Assembly: GCF_024521635.1 (NCBI RefSeq)
Contig: NW_026250432.1
Coordinates: 248,001-312,000 of the forward strand
Source: Tricharina praecox
Lineage: Eukaryota
Reading direction: 5' to 3'
DNA length: 64,000 nt
The notes beneath the pieces are model-generated. The model was not told the origin of the DNA, searched no databases, and saw nothing but the letters and a program-made list of their open reading frames with translations. Both the position numbers and the translations under genes were made by a program. Shown one piece after another: positions 49,480 through 59,070 of the stretch (within the stretch, counting starts at the first letter, position 1; every line of letters starts with the position of its first letter).

Positions 49480-51528
49480 TATCCGACTTCTTTCGTGGGC
49501 GTGCGGCCAGTACTCTATTTTATGTGGTGACTGCCTCCCACGAGGATCCTTTCGGCTGTGCTACTTACTTAAAAGTTTACTCTTATTTCTCCATAGATAA
49601 TTTCTCCGGCTCTTGGATCTGCCAGTTGCACCTACCCACTCTATATTCGGTTGTGTTTGTTACTTCCCAGATCTATGTAGGAAGTACCAATTAAGTACTT
49701 GTTACTATAGTTAGCCCCGGACGACATCTCAAGTCTGGACAGTGGATTCTGCAGGCATCAATCATCGCCAACCCAAGGTCGCCAAACCCAAGAGTCCAAG
49801 ACATTCCTTGCCCCTCTTCAGCAGCAGCAGCACCAATCCAATCGGGGGAAACGAAACGAAGGAATATGATCCTTCCGCTTCGCCAGCTTCCCGAGGAGAA
49901 CCATATCTCGATCAGGGAACTGCTCTTACCCTCCCTCTACCCTCCCCATCCCCCCACATGCGCACCATTCGGATGATATCGATCGGGTGGCGACTCGCGA
50001 GATGTGGATGTGGATGTGGATGCGTTTCGGTAACTAACTAGCCGGCATCCGGAGCTCGCAACCGCGCGTGCTCCCCTTTCTTTTTTTTTCTCTCTCTCTT
50101 TCTGTTCCACGTTGCGCGCGATCAGGGACATACATATGTACACACGCACGGCGGGCGCGATGCTTATCTCTCTCTCGCGGCGGCACGGGTGCAGGTCACC
50201 ATGGCAGATCGGGTTCCGCTTTTAGGGGGGGATCAGGACTTCGATCCGTGCTCTCGTATCTTGTTCGGGCTGAAAATAGCTGACTAGTACTACATGCTAG
50301 CAAACTACATGAATACCTAGCAGTGTGGATATTCGCGGCCCCGCAAGGTGAGCCTTGAGGACTAAATACATAATACATAGAGTACTATGTCTATACCTAG
50401 CTATGCTTTAAAGATGCCGCTACTCTTCTGAACAACTACAGGCTATATGTCGTGCGTTGCTCGGCGTCGAGATCTGGTATGTACACAGGTATATAAGAAG
50501 TATGCACTTATGTAATTCCCTGGAAGGAATAGCCTACCTACATACTTCGATACTACTACATACAGATGATAAAGGGGACGTCGCGGCCGGGCTCTCTCCT
50601 TGCATACAAACCTACTATAGTTGGGTTCCCTCCAACTGCCGTAACGTAGGTGAGCTGAGTGCCGTCGTTACAATCTACAGTAGGTAAGTACCGTAGTTAA
50701 CGGAATCTATCTTACGGCAGCATGGTAAGGATCGTGTTCACCTGCCGCTAACTCGGTTACTGGGTTCCTTTCACCAGCAAATAGAAAGGAAGAGAAACGC
50801 GAGTGATGATACGGGAAAGGCTGGATCATGTGGCTGCTGCTGACAGCTGAATTCCCCATGCGGGCGGTCCCGATTCAAAGACGGCATACCTAGTTGCCTA
50901 CCGGGTATAAGTTTGCACAACCCTTTTGTGAATCATCCATCATGCATGTCTCAGTGCGGACTGAACCCCCGGCGGGTGGTCTAAAACTAACCACCTATCC
51001 GAATCGTATGTAGGCAGAAGAAAGAAAGGAAGGAAGGGATTACTACTACTCCTATACATGCTCGCGGGTTTTCGCGAGAAATTCACCCGTCCGAATGCGT
51101 GATACGGGCTCGCAAAAGTTCCCGTTGCCTTAGCGTCAGTGCGAGCTTGAAGAGTCAAGACCGCCACGAGATATCCCCGGCTTGGTCAGTTGCAATGGCA
51201 TATGTTGACGATAGTCTGTAGCAGGACAGGAAGGAGGTTGAAGAAGCGCTGTATCTGTATCACAGTGAGCAATACGGTCTTGATGGCCTCACTACCTAGT
51301 AGCTTGTGACATTTTTCCGTCAACATCATGCGATCATCAGGGTATGCACATATGTATGTATGTAGTAGTAGTGTATGTACTTCCGCCCTCAGCTGGAGAC
51401 AGGCTTATAAGAAGCGGTACATCTCCTTGTTGAATCTCGCCATCCAGCAGCTTCTCCTCGGGACTCGGACATCAGCTTTGGGAATCACACTTCTCAGACA
51501 TATCGCCTGTCATTTACACTCTTTCGAT

Positions 51529-53578
51529 ATGCGTTCGGCAAACACTCTTCTCGGTCTCCTCTCTTTGGGACTTGCACTCATTTCGGAGCATGCTTTGGCC
51601 CATCCTCTCACGGCCACTGAGGTCGTCAGGAGAGGAGATGACGAATGGCTTAGTCCGCAATATACCCTCTTCCGTAGGTGTCCCCCCATAATCCACCACA
51701 TGAACTACTATCCTAAACATCTTCTACTACTACCAGAGGCTCCACTGGCCATCCCTTCGGTGATCAATCCATTGACTACTCACACCAACACCACCTCCGG
51801 AGAGGTCATCGATTTCTTCCAGATTTCGATTCAGGTAACCGACTGAGTTGATGTTCGACTGAAGGTTGAATCCTGGAGACTAATCCCTATTTTTGCTTGT
51901 GGCAGGATTTCACTCAGCAAGTGTATCCCAACAAGCCCGCCACCGCGCTTCAGGGATACAATGGCCAGTTCCCGGGGCCTCTCTTCCGCACCACAGTGGG
52001 ACGCCGCTCTGTAGTCCGCTTCATTAACCAGGTTGCAAATCCCGCATCGATCCAGTAAGTCCTGCCTCTTCTCCGTGTTCTCGACGCTACCAGTGGCTCT
52101 AACGCCGCCGCCTCGGTACTCCCAGTCTCCATGGATCTCCCACCAGGCCTGTCTGGGATGGTTGGGCGGAGGACCTCATCCTTACCAACCAGTACAAAGA
52201 CTACTACTACCCCAACGAGGGTGCGCGCACGCTCTGGTACCACGACCATGCCGTTCACATCACCGCTGTGAATGCCTTCAGGGGACAAGCTGGTGTCTAC
52301 ATCCTCTCGGATCCTGTGCAGGAGGCCGCATTGAATCTCCCCCAGGGGAAATACGATGTTCCGCTTGTGATCACCGACAAGATCTACAACAGCAATGCAC
52401 AGCTGATCACTCCCGAGGGAGAGGAAGACAGTATGCTCCACTATTTTCCCACAGATTCCGCATGAAAACATTGCTGACCGTTCTTTTTTCCTCCAGGCTA
52501 CTACGGCGACGTGATCCACGTCAACGGCATCCCCTGGCCGTTCCTCACCGTGGAGCCGCGCAAGTACCGCTTCCGCCTCCTGGACGCCAGCGTCAGCCGC
52601 TCCTACAAGCTCGATATCCGCCGCAGCAACGGCGCCAAGATCCCGATGGTCGTCGTCGCCACCGACAGCGGCTACATCCAGGGCCCGGTCTCGACCAACA
52701 CACTGATCTTGGCGATCGCCGAGCGCTACGAGATCATTGTCGATTTCTCCGCCTATGCGGGCCAGACCCTTACCATGCGTAACGCCCGTGACTTTTCCAG
52801 GAACGAGGACTACGCCAAGACCAACTATGTCATGCAGTTCAGAGTCGGGACTACCGTCACGAGCACCGCTGGTGAGCGCTTTGTCTCCTCTTCCACTTCC
52901 TCCTATCGATGGGACTGGATCTGATAGAATGGGACGTGTAGGAAACGGACCAATCCCGTCCACCCTTGCCACCATCAACTACCCCACCAAGACTGGTGTC
53001 GACCACGCCTTCGAATTCGAGCGCTCCAACGGCGAATGGCGGGTAAGTCCCCTTTTTTCCCCTCTCTCTCTCTCTGATCCTCGCTGACCCGCGCTCAGAT
53101 CAGCGACATCGGCTTCGCGGACGTGACCAACCGCGTGCTCGCGGCGCCAGCCAAGGGCGGCGTCGAAGTCTGGGACCTAATCAACAACTCCGGGGGGTGG
53201 GCGCACCCGATCCACATCCACCTAGTCGACTTCAAAGTCGTATCGCGGACACGGCGGGGCGTAGAGCCCTACGAGATCGGCTTCAAAGATACGGTGTTCC
53301 TCGACGAGAACGAGCAGGCGCGGGTGATCGCGCGCTTCCATCCGTGGGCGGGTGAGTACATGTTCCACTGCCACAACCTGGTGCATGAGGACCACGACAT
53401 GATGGCGGAATTCGACGTCGGCAATACCAGGGCCGCCCCTGCGTATAGAGATCGCTTCAGTAATCCTATGACGCAGGAGTTCCGTGCTAGCCCGTACACC
53501 ACCACGGATCTCACACAGGTGCAGAATACAGTCCTCCCGTTCTTTTCGGGGCTCGAGGCGTATAACTTCCCCGTTTAG
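51529..53578 (+). CDS. Secreted multicopper oxidase, bilirubin oxidase type; 7 exons (introns 51674-51736, 51835-51905, 52055-52125, 52431-52496, 52872-52941, 53043-53098)
   Basis: Signal peptide; copper-binding motifs HLHG (across an intron), WYHDH, HPIHIH, MFHCHNLVHEDHDMM; also DGWAED and VNGIPWPFLTVEPRKYRFR. Confidence 0.93.
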
Positions 53579-53669
53579 AGGAACACGGCTATAACGCGAC
53601 TTTCTTGCGTTTTTTGCTTCTCTTTTCTTTGCATTGTTGTCTGTTTTGTGCGAGGTACATAATGGCCGG

Positions 53670-53725
53670 AGTTGGGTTGGGTTGGGTTGTTCGGGTTGGG
53701 TTGGGTTGGGTTGGGTTGGGTTGGG
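53670..53725. repeat. (GTTGG)n microsatellite
   Basis: Directly visible downstream of the oxidase gene. Confidence 0.9.
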
Positions 53726-55760
53726 AAGTCCGAAGGCTGCGCTTTGAATGTGTACTAATATTTATCGGCCGCTGTACTGTACGGTACGGCACTGTTGGGG
53801 CGGTGTGACGAATCGTATTAATAGTAAAAATCGGTGGATGTTCATTGGCAGTTACTCAACCCTTCATGTCTCTACTACCTATAAGACTTTCTCAAACTAT
53901 TGGTCGTCGGCTACCTCGGTGGTACGTACTCGGAGTCATACCGGCAGGGAGAAGGAAGTGGAACTTGGTAAGTATGTACACACCGAGAGTGCCGTGTCAA
54001 CCAATCATGTTACATCATTCGTTTTAGGAAATTTGACAAGTGTTGTAATATCTGTCTAGATTAGTCATGGTAGAAGGCACGGGCCTTTACCCCTATTCCC
54101 ATATATCTACTGTTCTCACGAGGCTACAACCATACATTTCAATACTACACTGTTCACCACCATATCTTACCATATCTTACCATATCTTACTCTATATTTC
54201 CAATAAGGTTCAAATTTAATTTTTTGGCTTACTTATTCCTTCATCGATCGGGTGCGACTCCCTACCTGCCTGCCTACCGCAGCCTGCAGGTCGTACGTAA
54301 CGATATATATCGCCCCGAAAATTTCCTATTCTATCTACCACCGCCGCCGTCTCTGAAGCGGGCCAGCTCGTTGCAGGCTTGCAGCAGCCCGATCTCCCCG
54401 GAATCCGAAGTCACATCGGTGCAGAGAAGTAAAATGAAAGGGAGAGAACAAATTCCGCCACGATTTAGATTCGTGAGTCCTCATCTGGGGTGCTTCGCCG
54501 GGCCAGGTACCAAAATGGTTCAGATTATGCGCACATGATAGGTACATGAATAGCGGCTAGAAACCCCAATACAGCCTGGCAGCACCGCCTTTGAAGCGAT
54601 CACCTTGCCCATCCCCTCACTGCCCCCTCCCAGAGGCCCGAGCTCTATCCAAGCCTTTCTGCTGACGCCCAAGCCTGAAATCTCGCCCCCGACAACTCCA
54701 AGTCTCCAAGTTTCCAAGCCGGCGACCGAGTGATGGTGAGTGCACCCAGCAGCAGGGAATAGCACCCGTCAGCGACCTTCAAGAACCACGTCCCGCTGCA
54801 TGACCAGCCTGACTAGCACGTTCCCTCCGTGGGCATCGAACCGAAGCTTAATCGGCGCGCAATCGGCAGCACCCGCAGCCCGCAAGCTGCAACTTACAAG
54901 CCGCCGACCGCAACGACAATAACAGCAATTCTGTACCTTTGCTTGCATGAAATCATCTTACCAGGTACCTAGTACCTAGTACCTGGTTATCTAAATGCCG
55001 GTAAGATCCACACGCCACATGGCAAATATCGATTGATTGGGCACGTATGAAATATCACTCGCTCTGGCCTTGTCGTCCTATGAGGTCGCGGACCGCGAGC
55101 GGGAAAAAATAGTTGGACAGTTGACAGGGAAACGGCGTTTATATAGTATATTTTCGCAATCCAGATGGGCCAGACGAAATCGATGATCAAACAGAAAATA
55201 TTCCTCCTTCAGGGCATCTCCACGAGGCGGAGTGCTGTGCAGACCTGTTCTTCCCTGGCTTCAGCATCTCCACGAGGCGAAGTGATGTGCAAACCTGTTC
55301 TTTCCTGGCTTCATTTCGTTGATGCGCTCAATGTATATCTTCGGCTCTTCTGGAAAATGCTAGGGCGGTGAATAGCGGGAGCTAAGTCGCGCCGCCTGAC
55401 GAATGTCGGGTTTGGGCAGTGGCCACGCAAATGGAGCGTGTATGTTGCCACGTTCTAGCAAGCATTGAATGGTTAGACGAAAAGGCAGCTGGAGGCATTA
55501 CACCATAGAGTTTCCACCGCATGTCCAGAATATGTCGGGCGTGTATAAGGGGATAACCTTTCCATCTCACGATCCGCAGCGCGGTACTCATGTCGTCGAG
55601 ATCTACGGTATTGGATAGGTATCGCAGTTCAAACTTCAAGCTCGTATAAGATCAGGATGGCTCAGCACCTAAGCTAAACTTCGTCGTTTCTCCTGTGCAT
55701 CGCGCGTGCGGGGCACAGCACGCACCCACCACTTTATAAATTTCGACTTCATGTTTCTAG

Positions 55761-55920
55761 CACGGAAAAAACCTCGCGTGGCCTAGTGGTCTGGGCCATG
55801 CAATCGGCGAGGGGAGCTGAGGGAAAGGTTCCGGGTTCAAACCCGCTGAAAGACCTTTGTATTCAGCTCTTGGGGTTTCCAAGCAACCCCCACCGGGGGG
55901 GGCGGTGAAGGTTTTTGTTT
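55761..55920 (+). ncRNA. Candidate Pol III tRNA-derived ncRNA / SINE-like unit, copy C
   Basis: TTTATAAA 55733-55740; A box TGGCCTAGTGG 55779-55789 in a D-arm-like GCCT..GGGC; B box GGTTCAAACCC 55834-55844 in a CGGGT/ACCCG stem; conserved GGGGTTTCCAAGC domain; T5 at 55912-55916. Confidence 0.6.
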
Positions 55921-56908
55921 CTGACGTGACAGGTGGAGCACAGTATATCACTCGGTAATATCCCGTGAAACGCCATACGCTGCCGGCTGTGGAAGCAAGA
56001 ACCCATACGACGAACTTTGTCAGAGATAGGGGGGAGGAAGCGAATCTTACGGCGACGAATCCAGATCCCCTTACACAGGAGGTAAGGCAATATACAGATA
56101 GATCAAGACTAGAAGATGTGGCGGCGGGCTATGCGGTGATCTGGTAGATAAGCAGAAATGGGGATCTCTAGCTAAAGACCAGTTAGGTGCCCGAGGGCAG
56201 GGAGTGGGAAGCTGCTCTAGAGTAGAGCCCGCTCGAATAGGCAAACCGAACAAATTGCAAGTGGAGGTCAATAATCGTGTCAAAGAACTCGGTCATGCGA
56301 ACTGTATCCGGAGATGTTTTCTGCTGGTTGGTCTCGGTCATGAGAACTGTATCCAGAGGAGGAGATGTGTTCTTCTATCTATTCTCGCCGGGGGGTCTAT
56401 ATCCCACTGACAGACATATTCTGTATATATACCTAGAAGGGCACCAGCCCGGAGTAGAAGAAGAAGCAAGCAACAAAAACATCTACATATTCCTATATAT
56501 CCTCCTATCGATCTCAGTATGTATGACAAAATGGAGTTTCATAGGGGCATGGGAGGCAGTCATGTTAGTAAATGCGTACCTCTTAGGTAGTGAATACGTA
56601 TAACGTGCAAGCAATTACCTAAGAGGTAAGTACCTAGCTGCGGTGGTAGTGGTAGTGGTGGTGGTGACAAATGCACCATCATTGTCATAGGATGCTGGCA
56701 ACCGAATTTCGCAGCGCCACTGGATACGTCGCATGTGTATAAAGCAGGCGACAAGTACCGCAGCGTGTCGATAGAAGAATCGTCCAGGCACTCCTCAACT
56801 CAAATCTGACAGGCAGCTCTGCTCCGTCGTTGGTGCTCCTTTCAATCGCGTGTACGAGGCGTACGGTACGTACCCACCACTTTATGATTTTCGAATTCAT
56901 GTTTCCAG

Positions 56909-57064
56909 CACGAAAAAACCCCCGCGTAGCCTAGTGGTCTAGGCCATGCAATCGGCGAGGGGAGCTAAGGGAAAGTTCTGGGTTCAACACAGGCCAAAGA
57001 ACTTTTTATTCAGCTCTTGGGGTTTCCAAGCCACCCGCCGGGGGTGGTGTTGGTTTTTGTTTTT
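56909..57064 (+). ncRNA. Candidate Pol III tRNA-derived ncRNA / SINE-like unit, copy D
   Basis: A box TAGCCTAGTGG 56927-56937 with perfect GCCT/AGGC stem; degenerate B box GGTTCAACAC 56981-56990; conserved 3' domain; T5GT5 end. An internal T5 at 57003-57007 could terminate transcription early. Confidence 0.55.
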
Positions 57065-57344
57065 GTTCACGGGATATCACTCGGTATCAGATGTCATGTG
57101 ACGCTTTTTTTTGTAGAAGTGAAAAAGTATTACTCGTTTGGGAACCCGTAATTAGAGGCATTAAATATGGTAAAGATGCGACTTTATATCCCGCATCTCG
57201 GTGCTATACTCTAACAATCTCTATCTGCAGCTCTATTATGTACCCCAAAATCCGATCGTCCCCGCCCTGATACGCCAGCTCCAACGCCAACACAAGAATG
57301 AAACCGAAACCCGAAATGAAAAGAAAGCAAAAGGTACCGCCATC

Positions 57345-59070
57345 TCACAGTACATACGTGAACCACACGCTGCGATCGCCGTCCCTCGCCAGCTGCTCCT
57401 CCTTCCTGACGAGGAACCCATGTCTCCTGCATCCCTCCTCCTCATCGCCACCGACTCTCTGCCCCTCCTCCGCGTCTTTCTCCATCTCCTCTGTCAGCCT
57501 CGCCTTCTCCGCGTCCCTCTGCCGATTCTCAACGACGTAGCGCCAGTACAACACGACACCGGACACCATTCCCAGCGAGACGAAGCCCAGATTCAACAGA
57601 TGTCCGAGCAAGAACCGTGGCTGATCCTCCTTGCGATAGAAGTTCGCGCCCATGGCGCCCCCGAGCGAGCCGCAGCCGATGTACACGGCCATGGCGAAGC
57701 TGCGCTTCTTTGCCGAGGCGAGGTTGTTGGCGCACCAGGTGAGCGCGCCGGGGAACGCAGGGTACAGTCCGCACGACGCGATGAACACGCCCGCGTACGC
57801 GGCCTTCGGCGCCACCGCTGCGATCAGGAAGCCGATGAACATGACGACGTAGGAGGCGGCGAGGAAGGGCGCGCGGATGCCGATGCGGTCAGAGACGAAG
57901 GCGGTGATCAAAGAGAGGATGCACGCTGAGATGTAGATTGGCACCGTCAGGAAGTTGGCCTCCGTCTTGTTGTATCCCAGTTCCATGATTATCGTGGGAA
58001 GACAGAGGGAGATGCTGTACAGTGGGCAGGTGATCCCTAGGAAGACGAAGATGTGCAGCGGCAGGTGGTAGTCGGTCAGGACTTGCTTGAAAAGCCACGT
58101 CTTAGGGATCTCGGCGTGGATGCGCTCCTGTTCCGCCGGCGTCAACAGCGCTTCCTCTTCGCCGAACTCGTCAACCGACAGCCGGTGCAGCAGCAGCTCC
58201 TTCTCCTCTTCGGAAAGAAAAGTCGTCCTTGCCGGGACGTCGAGTACAAGCCAGAACGCGGCGACAGCCACGACGACGGTGACGAGTCCCTCGACGATCA
58301 TGATCCAGCGCCACCCCTCGAGTCCGCCGAGACCGTCCATCTTGGCAAGGCCGACAGCGAGCAGGCCTGCGAACGCACCCGCCATAGAAGCGGCACAGAA
58401 AAAGAGCGCCTGTCGGAACTGCGCCTCCTTCTTGCGATACCACAGAGTGATGACATATGCGACTCCGGGGAAGAGCCCGCACTCCGTCATGCCGAGGAAC
58501 AGCCGTGCAATGATCAGGCCGTCGCCTGTCTGCGACATCCCCATACCCACCGTGACGATGCCAGATGCTAGGGTCACAAGCGGCAACCACACGTTGGGCC
58601 GCAGGAGCTTGAGTAGCATGTTGCTCGGGATATCGAACGTGCTGTAGGTAAAGAAGAAGACGGTCAATGCCAGCGTGTAGTGTTTATCCGACATATGAAG
58701 GTCTTCCATCAGGTGGTAGGTCTGGAACACGAAATGCACTTCAGCACCAATCCCGGCAGCAAACGATGGTGGAGGAATTTACCTTGGCATTGCCAATGTT
58801 CTGCCGACAAAGGAAGCAGAGCAGGTACAGGAGCGATAGGATTGGAACGAGCCGGATGTCAACACGACGGAGGAGATGTGTGTGGTGCGGATGGTGGGTC
58901 GGTCTAGAGCATATCGACGCCTTTTCGTCGACAACTGATCCTCGGCGATGGAATTTCCTCTGCTCGCCCGTGAAGTTGATGGCAGGTTCCTGCCGTATGT
59001 GCGACACCGTGTCAGCGGGCGACGGGGTCAGCGTGCTGTCCGCCGGCGTGGAATATGTGGATTCGTCCAT
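57345..59070 (-). CDS. MFS transporter, anion:cation symporter (allantoate/nicotinate permease, Dal5/Tna1-like) family; intron 58782-58722
   Basis: LLRRVDIRLVP, NIGNAK, FDIPSNMLLK, RLFLGMTECGLFPG, GLEGWRWIMIVEG, ANFLTVPIY, WCANNL..KRS; many transmembrane segments. Confidence 0.93.

Noticed and set aside
55772..55852. Functional tRNA gene
   Set aside because: D-arm-like and T-arm-like parts are present, but no acceptor stem or anticodon arm can be formed.
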